A stretch of DNA of 64,000 nucleotides from contig OZ242311.1 in NCBI GenBank assembly GCA_965207885.1, positions 2,731,235 to 2,795,234 on the forward strand. The letters are read 5' to 3'. Origin of the DNA: Candidatus Latescibacterota bacterium. GTDB lineage: Bacteria; Latescibacterota; UBA2968. Below are positions 8,740 through 17,804 of this stretch, piece by piece; the first letter of the stretch is position 1; each line of letters starts with the position of its first letter. The position numbers and the translations under genes were made by a program. Below the pieces are notes generated by a model. It did no database searches, was not told the origin of the DNA, and saw only the letters and a list, made by a program, of their open reading frames with translations.

Positions 8740-10284
8740 ATGAAAGCAAGACCATTCAAAGGTGCGAAGATAGGCAGGGCTCTGACCATTGCATTGCTAT
8801 TGGCTTTGACCGCGGGCAACGTCGCGGCCCAAAGCCCCACCGAGCTGCCAGCCAAAGATTTGAGCACGATTGATTTGTCAAAATCGGAAGGTGCTAAATA
8901 CTTTCTCATAGTAAAGGCTTATGCCGATTATATGATTACCCGCGGGCGCGACCGTTACGGAAGAGAACATTCGCCCCTTTTTGCCACAACGCTTAACCGG
9001 GAAACCGGAAATGTATATCGCGAAAATCCTCCCGATGCACCCAAAGGTATCCGCAATGGCGATCGCACTTGGCGTGGTTCAAATACGTCAAAAGATAATG
9101 GTTTATACAGCATACTTTATCATTTGACAGAAATCACCGGAGATGACAAGTATGCACGGGAAGCGGATAAAGCAATCAAATGGTTTTTTGCCAACTGCCA
9201 AAGTCCTGAAACGGGATTTATGGCCTGGGGAGAACACATCGGTTGGGATTTTTTTACAGAGGCGCCTATTAAAATGGGTACTCGATCTTTGACACACGAG
9301 TACAAAATTTTCAATTATTGGGACAAGGTGTGGGAATTTAATCCGGAAGCTGCTGAAAAGTTTGCACTGGGATTATGGGAACACCAGATTTATGCGCACG
9401 AAGGACCAGAAGCGGGCGAGTTTAGCCGACATGCCAGTTATGACACGCATAGTCCTGGAAAAGGAAGAGCTTTTCCCGCACATGGCGGCAATTATATCTA
9501 TGTTTGGACAAAAGCATATCGGGAAACTGGCAAAGAAGTTTTTTTAACCGCCATTGAAACCGTATTGAATTATTATGAGCGAAATACAACCGATAAAGGT
9601 GCGATCTTATATGCATCAGATTTTCCTGAACAATATTCTTTGAAACAAAGTATGAATCTGGCATCCAATCTTTATCGCGCAAAGGATTTTATGCCCGCAG
9701 ACCTTGCAAATAGGATGAAGAAATTGTCAGAAGGAACAGATTCTTTGTATTTAAGTTTTGATCACGATCCGTCAAAAGGCGGAAAAGGATTTCTTGAATC
9801 TGCCAATCTTATGACCCTTGTACCGGGGAATTTTCGAAGGTCAAGTACTGGAACGGATGCCTGGACTGAAATGTGGTCGGCTGGTTATGGGGTGGGATCG
9901 GGAAGTACCGAGCAGGCAAACAAATGTTATGCGCGGTATAAACTAACAGGTATTGAAGGCTATAGAATCCTTTTTATGAAAGCGGTGAATGCCTATTACA
10001 ACGAAGATCCTCCGCCGTCAGCAGTACTTTATCCCAGCAATTATTCCAGCATATTTAATATGATGATGAATGCGTATGAATTAACAGGGGCAGAACGTTT
10101 TTTAAGCAAAGCAAAAACGTATATGGACTTATCGGTAGAAACTTTTCTGAGTGATCAATCACCTCTACCAAAAGCATCAAACCAAAGTGAACATTATGAA
10201 GCCATAACAGGTGGCCCAGAATTAATGGAAAATGTGCTGCGTTTATGGATCGTAATGAATCCTCAGGATCGTGCTGGAGAATAG
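8740..10284 (+). CDS. secreted protein of unknown function, mostly helical (possible glycan-active enzyme)
   Basis: GGAGG Shine-Dalgarno site. Signal peptide MKARPFKGAKIGRALTIALLLALTAGNVAAQ. AT-rich coding sequence. I recognise no family motif with confidence. Confidence 0.7.
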   Translation: MKARPFKGAKIGRALTIALLLALTAGNVAAQSPTELPAKDLSTIDLSKSEGAKYFLIVKAYADYMITRGRDRYGREHSPLFATTLNRETGNVYRENPPDAPKGIRNGDRTWRGSNTSKDNGLYSILYHLTEITGDDKYAREADKAIKWFFANCQSPETGFMAWGEHIGWDFFTEAPIKMGTRSLTHEYKIFNYWDKVWEFNPEAAEKFALGLWEHQIYAHEGPEAGEFSRHASYDTHSPGKGRAFPAHGGNYIYVWTKAYRETGKEVFLTAIETVLNYYERNTTDKGAILYASDFPEQYSLKQSMNLASNLYRAKDFMPADLANRMKKLSEGTDSLYLSFDHDPSKGGKGFLESANLMTLVPGNFRRSSTGTDAWTEMWSAGYGVGSGSTEQANKCYARYKLTGIEGYRILFMKAVNAYYNEDPPPSAVLYPSNYSSIFNMMMNAYELTGAERFLSKAKTYMDLSVETFLSDQSPLPKASNQSEHYEAITGGPELMENVLRLWIVMNPQDRAGE

Positions 10285-10453
10285 AGCTATAATCAGAAAT
10301 CCCAAAAACACGTTTGTCTTTGGCATAGACACAGTCTTTCTCCGCCACAGCAAGCTGTCGGTGGCGAGCAACAGTATGTTTGGGGTGCTCACACGCTATC
10401 TCCTGATTGCGATATGAAAATCCTATGCCAAATTGGGTCGCAAATCCATCAGC

Positions 10454-11923
10454 TCAGCGTTTCACCTGGGTATAGGGGCTTGAAATATACTGCTTGTAGC
10501 CGTTAACCTCTCGTCCATGATTGCTGAAGAAATCGATCTGAGAAAACCCATCCTTTAACGGTATGGCTGCCGTCCATACGCCAGTCTTTGCATCATATTC
10601 CATCTCCATCCATTGGTCTGCAGGGATTTGCTCGTGCAAGAAGGGGGCGGAACCTGCCGGAGCGCGGTCGTAGATCCACCATATACGTCCGTTTATCGGC
10701 TGAGGTCCTTCATTAAAACGCACGCTGACACTTAGTTTGTCCTTGGAGATTTTATAATTTGACTTCGGAGGCTGTAGCAAGGGCTCGCCACCAAAGAAGT
10801 GATGCCAGAGGAAGGCGTTGCGATTCTGTTCGTCCTTTGCCGTAGCGACATGCGGCGTTTGTGAGTGCCCGCCACTGGGTTCGTAATAGACAGGCAACTG
10901 GGGATGGTTTTGCGCGCCCCAAGGAACGTCAAATGCAACATAGTCATGTGTTCCCGGCTGGAAAAGAATATCGACGCCTCGCTCTTTTAGCCGATCCCAA
11001 TTCTCTGTCACACACAATCTGCTAAGAATGCAATCTGCCAGGTGGTGTATTTCGTCCCAGGATCTTCCCGCTTTCAACGCAAGTTCATGCAGACTCCTCT
11101 TTGATCCCACCATAACGCCTTGATACCATTTGGCGCGTTTTTGATCCAGGTCGATATCGCCGGCCTTTACAGCCTCAAAGAATGCTTTGTTTGCCGCTCG
11201 CACGTTATCCATCTCTTCCTTGTCAAATCTTCGAGTCGGCGAATAGTAAGCAAAGGCTCTATCGGAACATGTCGCGGTAAAACGCTCGTCATTAATCAAG
11301 GCGGTAGCAGGCGATATGCCGTTCTTGGAGCTGCCTGAGCCAGCCACTTTGCCTTTTTCAAAATGATCGGTTTCCGCATACGCGGCGGTTACAGCCCGCA
11401 TTAAAGTCATCGACCAAATCCAGACCGTCGTGTAACGCGGATTCAGGTCTTTCAGAAACAATTGCCCCATTTTTTGTTCCAGGCCTTGTTTGCCCGGAAT
11501 CTGCCTCAGCGCCTTGACGTGCGTCTTAACGATGCCAACGCCACCTGCCAGCAGTTTTGCTTGAAAGGCGGTTGGGCGCGAGTCCTTCATCAGCGTCTCA
11601 TATGGATTTGCTCCGGTAACACTAAAGCCCTTCGCCTTGCCTTCGAGCGGCACAATCAGGCGCACTGGAATCCGATAATCTTGTCCAGGCCACCATTCGG
11701 CGACGTTGATTTCGATTAGCTTCTGTCGCGTCGAGCCTGTCACCTCATCTACATGCCAGTCCTTCAACGTCTTTATATCCAGCGTGCTTTCGTCAAGAAT
11801 CTCTTCGGTATTGAACATGTCGCAATTCATACCAGAATCCTTCTCGGAATCGGCAGCAAACGCTACGGAAATCGTAAAAGTCGCGAGAATAACCAGCGAT
11901 GCCATTATTCTAATTCTATCCAT
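10454..11923 (-). CDS. secreted protein, possibly PhoPQ-activated pathogenicity-related (PqaA-like) alpha/beta fold
   Basis: AAGGAG Shine-Dalgarno site. Signal peptide MDRIRIMASLVILATFTISVAFA. The GSGSSKNG..A..NDERF segment recalls the G-x-SKRG block of that family. The functional call is weak. Confidence 0.65.
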   Translation of the reverse strand: MDRIRIMASLVILATFTISVAFAADSEKDSGMNCDMFNTEEILDESTLDIKTLKDWHVDEVTGSTRQKLIEINVAEWWPGQDYRIPVRLIVPLEGKAKGFSVTGANPYETLMKDSRPTAFQAKLLAGGVGIVKTHVKALRQIPGKQGLEQKMGQLFLKDLNPRYTTVWIWSMTLMRAVTAAYAETDHFEKGKVAGSGSSKNGISPATALINDERFTATCSDRAFAYYSPTRRFDKEEMDNVRAANKAFFEAVKAGDIDLDQKRAKWYQGVMVGSKRSLHELALKAGRSWDEIHHLADCILSRLCVTENWDRLKERGVDILFQPGTHDYVAFDVPWGAQNHPQLPVYYEPSGGHSQTPHVATAKDEQNRNAFLWHHFFGGEPLLQPPKSNYKISKDKLSVSVRFNEGPQPINGRIWWIYDRAPAGSAPFLHEQIPADQWMEMEYDAKTGVWTAAIPLKDGFSQIDFFSNHGREVNGYKQYISSPYTQVKR

Positions 11924-11942
11924 TGCCTTCTCCTTGCTGTCT

Positions 11943-12689
11943 CTATGCCGTTTCCACTACGTTAGGACGGCGGACGGATGGGGGCGTGAGAACGCGTTTT
12001 TGTTGCTCGGTCAGGTCTTCGTAGTCTTCGTGATTGTAGTATATTGATGCGTAGGAAGCGTGGCCGGGGGTGAATTTGTAGAGTAGGGTTCTGCGTTCGT
12101 TTTCAGCAGTCCAGGGCAAGGTTCCGTGCATCGTCGCTTCTGTGAAGATGAGGGCGTCGCCTGTTTCTGCACTTGGATTGGCGAGGTAGTGAGGGATGCG
12201 CTTAAAGGAGCGAACATCTTCAGGGACGTTGAGGGCAAAATTGGATTTGTGTGAACCGGGTACGCAGCAGAATCCGCCAGAACCTGGGGGGGCGGGTGCA
12301 AGGAAGTAGACGACTACGGTCAAGCCATTGCGCATGACGCCGTCGCGATATTTGTAATAGTGCGTACCCGCACGATGGTCCCCACCATGGAGGCCACCTT
12401 TGCGCCCACCTTGACGCATAAAGATGCCGTAGTCGTGGTCGGCACGAAATTGGGGGCCGAGGAGTTCGCTGAGGTAAGGAATCATGTTGGGGTGGTCAAA
12501 CAGATTTTGGAAGGGTTTGCCCCAGAGCGAGACTCTGCGGGGAATCTTGAGTCCGTTATTCACTTCCTCTTGGTCGGCCATTTTTTGATCGGCAATTGCA
12601 TTGAGTTCGTCTACTTCGGCTTGAGAGAGTACATTTTTGACAACGATGTATCCTTGCAGGTCAAATATGAATTTTTCTTCAAGTGTCAC
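11943..12689 (-). CDS. PhyH family Fe(II)/2OG dioxygenase (short MT.EE..FDL subfamily)
   Basis: GTG start with GGGAG upstream. MTLEEKFIFDLQGYIVVKNVLSQAEVDEL, GGFCCVPGSHKSNF and GDALIFTEATMHGTLPW motifs. Confidence 0.85.
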   Translation of the reverse strand: MTLEEKFIFDLQGYIVVKNVLSQAEVDELNAIADQKMADQEEVNNGLKIPRRVSLWGKPFQNLFDHPNMIPYLSELLGPQFRADHDYGIFMRQGGRKGGLHGGDHRAGTHYYKYRDGVMRNGLTVVVYFLAPAPPGSGGFCCVPGSHKSNFALNVPEDVRSFKRIPHYLANPSAETGDALIFTEATMHGTLPWTAENERRTLLYKFTPGHASYASIYYNHEDYEDLTEQQKRVLTPPSVRRPNVVETA

Positions 12690-12704
12690 GGAGAATCTCC
12701 CTTT

Positions 12705-12754
12705 CTATATGGTCAGGTAAACCAGACCCTGGTTCGCTTCTATTTTCTCTGTTC
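12705..12754 (-). repeat. conserved about 50-nt intergenic element, copy B
   Basis: Near-identical to 7328-7376. It sits about 15 nt upstream of the GTG of the PhyH gene at 12689. Confidence 0.7.
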
Positions 12755-12769
12755 CGGCCCCTATCTTTT

Positions 12770-12805
12770 TTAGACAACCGGCCTGATTTCAGGCGCGCGC
12801 GTTCC
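12770..12805 (-). pseudogene. orphan 3'-end remnant of a PhyH gene (..GTRAPEIRPVV*)
   Basis: The 36 nt closely resemble the 3' end of the PhyH gene at 17805-17840 (..ENGAPEIRPVV*). No upstream coding body or start is present. Confidence 0.35.
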
Positions 12806-12877
12806 ACTTGTTCCTGCGTTAATATTTGCTCCATTACATCTCCAGAAAATCAGTATTAATAAAAACACAGAGGGATT

Positions 12878-14305
12878 CTAAACACTCGGCAAAGGCACGG
12901 TATCTCCTGTTTCATGTTGCCACAATCGAATTTTCGCCGCCATATCGCGAATGCGATCGCGATGTTCAGGAACATCAAACAGATTGTTTTCTTCATAAGG
13001 ATCTGTATTAAGGTCGAACAACTCACACTGATCACCAGCACACAAATTCAACTTCCAGCGATCACCCGTCACCACAGATCGCCAGGGCAATGTCGCCATC
13101 AAGTTAATGCTTGGATTTCCTAAATTGCGATCGCCAATCCCATTCCACTCCATAAATGCAACGTGATCCTTCAAATCGCGCTCACCGGTGAGTGCACCAG
13201 CCAAACTCTCCCCTTCACACTGATCTGAAACTTCAACGCCCGCCAGATCCAAAAGTGTCGGCACCAAATCCGCATGCCCAAACACACCATCGATTCGTTT
13301 CTGTTCCTTATTCAACCACGGCACACTGAGCAAAAATGGCACTCGCGCAGACTCTTCGTAAAACGTCCGCTTTTCCATCATCGCATGATCGCCCACCATT
13401 TCCCCATGATCACTCGTGTAAGCAATAATCGTATTCTCCAGTTGCCCTGTCTCTTCCAATGCCTGAATGATCCGCCCCACAGCATCATCCACAATCTTCA
13501 TATTTCCGAAGTATTGCGATCTCACTTTCCGCCATCCCAATTCCGTACTTAAATCTTCACCTGCCTCCTTCTTCGTTGCATAATGCTCTGCTCGCACCCG
13601 ATTAAATCGCGAATGCCCTTCAGGCTGTTTCAAAAACGTCGGGCCAACCGGCAATTCCTCAGGATCATACAAACCGTCATACGGCCCTGTATATGGAGGG
13701 TGCGGTTCAAACGTACTGCACACCAGCAACCAGGGCTGATCGACATTTTCTCGAATAAACCGATCCGCTTCCTGCGCGACAAACGCCCCGACCTGTTGTT
13801 CCGCTGGCAAACGCGCGCGATCTCCTGCAGAAAATTGTTTCAAGTCCGGTGCCAAATGCGAGGGTGGTTCAACGCCCTGCGCCACCAACCACTCATAGTG
13901 GGAACTCATCGGCGCATCTTGAATCGTATTCAAATGCCGCAAATTATCCTGAATACTGATCCACTCATCAAACCCATGTTGGCGAACGGTATCGTTGCCC
14001 AAATGCCATTTGCCCATATATGCCTTGCGATATGTATCTGGCATCATTTCCGCAATCGACTTTGTATCTTCCCGTAGATGAATCCCATTCGCCACACATC
14101 CGTGCGAATGAGGGTACAACCCAGACATCAGCGTACCCCGCGATGGCGTACACACAGCCTGACCAACATACGCATTCTCAAAAACAAAAGACCGCTCCGA
14201 AAGCGCATTCAAATGCGGCGATTGAATCCAATCATTGCCGTAACACGACATGGTATCTGTGCGTTGCTGATCTGTGAACACAAAAAGAATGTTCGGTTGA
14301 TTCAT
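12878..14305 (-). CDS. Cys-type sulfatase, no signal peptide
   Basis: MNQPNILFVFTDQQRTD, AVCTPSRGTLMSGLYP and YTSDHGEMVGDH motifs. GAGGG Shine-Dalgarno site. Confidence 0.9.
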   Translation of the reverse strand: MNQPNILFVFTDQQRTDTMSCYGNDWIQSPHLNALSERSFVFENAYVGQAVCTPSRGTLMSGLYPHSHGCVANGIHLREDTKSIAEMMPDTYRKAYMGKWHLGNDTVRQHGFDEWISIQDNLRHLNTIQDAPMSSHYEWLVAQGVEPPSHLAPDLKQFSAGDRARLPAEQQVGAFVAQEADRFIRENVDQPWLLVCSTFEPHPPYTGPYDGLYDPEELPVGPTFLKQPEGHSRFNRVRAEHYATKKEAGEDLSTELGWRKVRSQYFGNMKIVDDAVGRIIQALEETGQLENTIIAYTSDHGEMVGDHAMMEKRTFYEESARVPFLLSVPWLNKEQKRIDGVFGHADLVPTLLDLAGVEVSDQCEGESLAGALTGERDLKDHVAFMEWNGIGDRNLGNPSINLMATLPWRSVVTGDRWKLNLCAGDQCELFDLNTDPYEENNLFDVPEHRDRIRDMAAKIRLWQHETGDTVPLPSV

Positions 14306-14400
14306 ATCTATCCCTCAAATTTGTCGTTCGCGGTATTCCCTACTTGTTAAACCAAAGAAGCTGCAATCCGTTTTCGCTCACAGTACTTTTTAATTTTTGT

Positions 14401-15750
14401 TCACACTTGTTTTCTGCGAAATGCGTGGGGATTTACCATTTCATATCCCCATCGATCCAACAATTCCTGCCCGTTCTCAAACGCGTCGTTCTGTTCCTTC
14501 AACAGATCTGAAAGCAAACCTTCCAGATGCGTTTGAACAGATTCTACCTCAGGCCGACCACAAAGGTTCTCCAACTGATAAGGATCTGCCTCATTGTCAT
14601 ACAACAACCAGGGCCCCTCCAGGTCACGCACATAAGTATAACGGCTGGTGCGAACGCCCCGATATTCCCTGCCACCATTTTTATAAGAATAATTGGCAAA
14701 CGGCACGTAGCATCCAAAAAGTGAAGCCTCCAAAGGCGCATCGGCTTCACCGAGCATGTGTTTGGCAAAACTCACCCCTTCGACGCCTTCCGGTACAGGC
14801 GCGCCCACCAGATCCAACAACGTCGGCATCATATCTGGTATGCCAAAAGGGGTGTCGATTTGGCGACCAATCCCATTTGGCAATCGCAACAGAAAGGGCA
14901 CAAGAATAGATTCATCCCAGGGCCGTATTTTCCGATCATGGCCTTGCGACCCATTCATTTCACCGTGATCAGAGGTAAACACAAGAATTGTACCCTCTGT
15001 CATCCCGAGGCGTTCAAGTGCTTCTTCAACACGCCCAACACAGTGATCAAGTGCCGTAATATGCGCATAATAACCCCACATATCATTCCGGGCAATCGCC
15101 TCACACTCAGCAGGCACATTGTCTCTCAATACGATTTCATCTTCATTGTAGAGCGCTCTGTATTCTTCCGGCACTTTGTGGAAAGGGTTATGAGGCGGGC
15201 CATATGAAACAAAAAGGAAAAAGGGATCGTCTTCACTCTGCCTGCCCTCCAGATACTCAATCGCACAATCGGTCTGTGCAAACGCATCGTATCCTTCCCA
15301 CTTTTTCATAATGCCCGAGTCATCATAATAGGGCGAATCGTAATAATTGTGCGAGCATTCGTGCGCGCGCCAAAAGTCAAAGCCCAACCGTCGCTCAGGT
15401 GGGATGAAATTTTGCTCGTGGGTATCTCCGTCCAAATGCCACTTGCCAATGTATGCGGTGTCATAACCGTGTGACTTTAGAACCTCAGCGAATGTGGTCG
15501 TATCGGGCTCAAGCCGAATCTGGTTTAAAAAGATCCCATGCGTCAGTGGATATTGCCCGGTCAAAAGACAGGCACGAGCCGGACAACAAACCGGGCACGT
15601 TGACACAGTCGTATCCAACCGAATACTCTTTTGAGCCAGGGCATCGAGATTGGGTGTCTTAACATTTGGATCTCCCGTATACCCTGTTGCCTGTGCGCGC
15701 CACTGATCGGTCAAAATGAATACAATATTGGGCTTCTCTTTGTTGGCCAC
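14401..15750 (-). CDS. Cys-type sulfatase, no signal peptide
   Basis: The GTG at 15750 has GGGAGG 5 nt upstream (VANKEKPNIVFILTDQW). PVCCPARACLLTGQYP motif. The ORF-track start at 15858 is probably an artefact. Confidence 0.85.
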   Translation of the reverse strand: MANKEKPNIVFILTDQWRAQATGYTGDPNVKTPNLDALAQKSIRLDTTVSTCPVCCPARACLLTGQYPLTHGIFLNQIRLEPDTTTFAEVLKSHGYDTAYIGKWHLDGDTHEQNFIPPERRLGFDFWRAHECSHNYYDSPYYDDSGIMKKWEGYDAFAQTDCAIEYLEGRQSEDDPFFLFVSYGPPHNPFHKVPEEYRALYNEDEIVLRDNVPAECEAIARNDMWGYYAHITALDHCVGRVEEALERLGMTEGTILVFTSDHGEMNGSQGHDRKIRPWDESILVPFLLRLPNGIGRQIDTPFGIPDMMPTLLDLVGAPVPEGVEGVSFAKHMLGEADAPLEASLFGCYVPFANYSYKNGGREYRGVRTSRYTYVRDLEGPWLLYDNEADPYQLENLCGRPEVESVQTHLEGLLSDLLKEQNDAFENGQELLDRWGYEMVNPHAFRRKQV

Positions 15751-15820
15751 AAAAACCTCCCTACTTAATTGCACAACAATCAGAATGCAATCACGATACG
15801 AAAAAGTTGTCCATACCTCA

Positions 15821-15848
15821 TGATAATCAAACAAATATTGATAATCAA
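15821..15848. promoter_or_regulatory. two Fur-box-like TGATAATCAA sites in a divergent sulfatase/PhyH promoter region
   Basis: TGATAATCAA occurs at 15821-15830 and 15839-15848. Each matches the central TGATAATCA of the classical Fur consensus GATAATGATAATCATTATC. The second copy forms the palindrome TTGAT-A-ATCAA. Confidence 0.3.
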
Positions 15849-15956
15849 TATAGCCCACAAAAACAAAAAATGAAGAGTATTTGCCGTAGTTCAGAAATTA
15901 ACTTATTATGGGACATGGCAGAAAAGGCTTGTAAACCATCGAATGAGGAATACTCT

Positions 15957-16724
15957 ATGGCTCTAAACGAAGATCAACTCACCTTTTACCGACAAAATGG
16001 CTACTTGCTGGCCTCCGGCCTGATTTCTGATCAGATCGCGGCTCAAGCCGAAGCGGCGATGTGGAAGCTGATGGACATGGACGCGGGGGATGCGTCCACC
16101 TGGTCGATGGTGCCGGAGACCGCCGATACGTATAACAAAGGCAGCGGTGCGGTGATCTTTAACGGGGTGCAGGATCCCGATTTGATGGCCTGCGCCACAG
16201 ACGACTACCTCAACGCTGTAGCGCAGCTGCTGGGCGAACCGATTGATTCGTTGCACTCACCCGAAGCGATCTTTGCACTAAATTTGTTGGGGCGTCCGGG
16301 GCAATGGACCATGCCACGGCACCCGCACATCGACGGCCTCAACCCGAAGCATGTGCCCAAGACCTTTCCCGGGCCCTATCGCATCACCAGCCTCCTCTAT
16401 CTAAGCGATATCGAACCGCAGGGCGGAGGGACCTGTGTTTGGCCTGGTTCGCCCAGCAAGATACGCGCCCTGGCTGAATCCGATCCGGTCAAGTACAAGC
16501 ACCTGAAAGATCTGAACAAGGACATCCCCTCGTTAGATCTGGAACCCGGTATCGAACTGACACCGAAGCGCGGTGATATCCTTTTTTTTCAACACTTGTT
16601 CGGCCACAATGGGTCGGTCAATACTGCGGCTAAACCACGTTTTATGATGCGCTTTTTTTGTTCGTGCGAAAAATGCTACACGACCTGGCCCAAGGCGGAT
16701 CATTGGGGTTTTTGGACGCCATAG
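15957..16724 (+). CDS. PhyH family Fe(II)/2OG dioxygenase
   Basis: The ATG at 15957 (MALNEDQLTFYRQNGYLL) has GAGGAA upstream. HPHIDG, GGGTCVWPGSPSK and GDILFFQHLFGHNGS motifs. Confidence 0.8.
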   Translation: MALNEDQLTFYRQNGYLLASGLISDQIAAQAEAAMWKLMDMDAGDASTWSMVPETADTYNKGSGAVIFNGVQDPDLMACATDDYLNAVAQLLGEPIDSLHSPEAIFALNLLGRPGQWTMPRHPHIDGLNPKHVPKTFPGPYRITSLLYLSDIEPQGGGTCVWPGSPSKIRALAESDPVKYKHLKDLNKDIPSLDLEPGIELTPKRGDILFFQHLFGHNGSVNTAAKPRFMMRFFCSCEKCYTTWPKADHWGFWTP

Positions 16725-16738
16725 GCCTCATCCCATAA

Positions 16739-16975
16739 TACCGCCCTCCTGACTTCGAGTATTCGCCCTGTACCCAACCGCTTCGCGGTTCAGGCGGGCG
16801 AATACCGATAATCGCCACCGGTGTCGTCGGGGTGACCCTCGAAAACGCGAAGGAACGTCAGGAGCAAGGGTTCAAAATGGTTGCATTAGGTTCAGAGGCA
16901 GGCCTGCTCATTCGCTGCGTGCGAGAAAGCATGGAATCTCTCGGACGTGATGTGAAACCACACCTGTGGTTATAG
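16739..16975 (+). pseudogene. C-terminal fragment of an HpcH/HpaI-family aldolase
   Basis: An open frame without a start codon reads ..IIATGVVGVTLENAKERQEQGFKMVALGSEAGLLIRCVRESMESLGRDVKPHLWL*. The G-F-x-x-V-A-L-G-x-(D/E)-x-x-L-L block is typical of the C-terminus of this aldolase family. The N-terminal about 200 aa are absent. Confidence 0.4.
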
Positions 16976-17040
16976 ATTTTGAGCGATTAAAATAAAGGGG
17001 AAAGAGAAATTCAGTCATACAAGTCGACATTTCGGCATTG

Positions 17041-17075
17041 CAAAAAAAGAGGCTATCCAATAGGGATAGCCTCTT
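17041..17075 (-). terminator. rho-independent terminator (usable in both directions)
   Basis: Perfect 11-bp stem AGAGGCTATCC/GGATAGCCTCT with a 5-nt loop. On the minus strand it is followed by T7, downstream of the gene at 17106. Confidence 0.6.
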
Positions 17076-17105
17076 TGTCTATATTCGTTGTATAAAATAG
17101 TCACG

Positions 17106-17567
17106 TCAAGATGACACGTCTCTATTTCCTCCCAATTCGTCTACATCGGCGAGATCTTTGGGGCGAGCGGAGGCGCGTTTGTTTTTAATAAGATCTGCCA
17201 GAGAAATATAGAACACGGGTGTTTCTCCATAAATTCCAGAGATGCGATTCTGCCAGACCTCTTCAAACGTAAGGCCACTGATGCTGTTCATCATTTCGAT
17301 TCTTACAGGCGCAATCCCCATTCTAACAATGTTGCCAGAATCGGCAAACTCTGTGGCTTGCGCTTCAGTTGTAGCCAAACCGAATCGGTCAAGTGCATGG
17401 CGAATGTGATTGATATTTTCTCGGGTATTTCGAAAAAAGAGATCCAGATCATCGGTTGCTCGGGCATAGCCATGGAATGCAACAGCATATCCACCGACAA
17501 TCACAAATTCAACTGTCTCCGCGTTTAACAATTGTAAGAACTCTTCGAAGTCGTTGTGGATATTCAC
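17106..17567 (-). CDS. minimal nucleotidyltransferase-fold protein (TA-like/DUF-type NTase)
   Basis: DFEEFLQLLNAETVEFVIVGGYAVAFHGYARATDDLDLFF carries the G-G...D-x-D signature of the NTase fold. GTG start. Confidence 0.6.
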   Translation of the reverse strand: MNIHNDFEEFLQLLNAETVEFVIVGGYAVAFHGYARATDDLDLFFRNTRENINHIRHALDRFGLATTEAQATEFADSGNIVRMGIAPVRIEMMNSISGLTFEEVWQNRISGIYGETPVFYISLADLIKNKRASARPKDLADVDELGGNRDVSS

Positions 17568-17700
17568 GGTGGGTTACCTTACACATCTCCTGGCGTAAAT
17601 CCTCAAGGAGCGAAACGCGTTCGTCCCCTGTAAGATGTCGGGTATGGTCGCAGGCTTTTTCATTGGGATCAAATTTTGAAATTGTCAGAACACGTTTCAT
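17509..17700 (-). CDS. small partner protein of the NTase gene
   Basis: 63 aa. The ..LTGDERVSLLEDLRQ...YPQRLRRVLTIVKR pattern is typical of small proteins found upstream of such NTases. It overlaps the NTase start by 59 nt in another frame. Confidence 0.5.
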   Translation of the reverse strand: MKRVLTISKFDPNEKACDHTRHLTGDERVSLLEDLRQEMCKVTHREYPQRLRRVLTIVKRGDS

Positions 17701-17804
17701 AGGACAAACCTCAAAGGAATAACTTCACCAACACAAATGAATATAGCCCATCAGCATAAGCGCGTCAACGAATCACAGAAATATCAAAAAGATTTGATTC
17801 CTTC

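Noticed and set aside
10330-10375. Imperfect hairpin (CCGCCACAGC..GCTGTCGGTGGCG) between the convergent genes 8740 and 10454, considered as a terminator
   Set aside because: The stem is bulged and there is no T-tract on either strand, so support is too weak to list.
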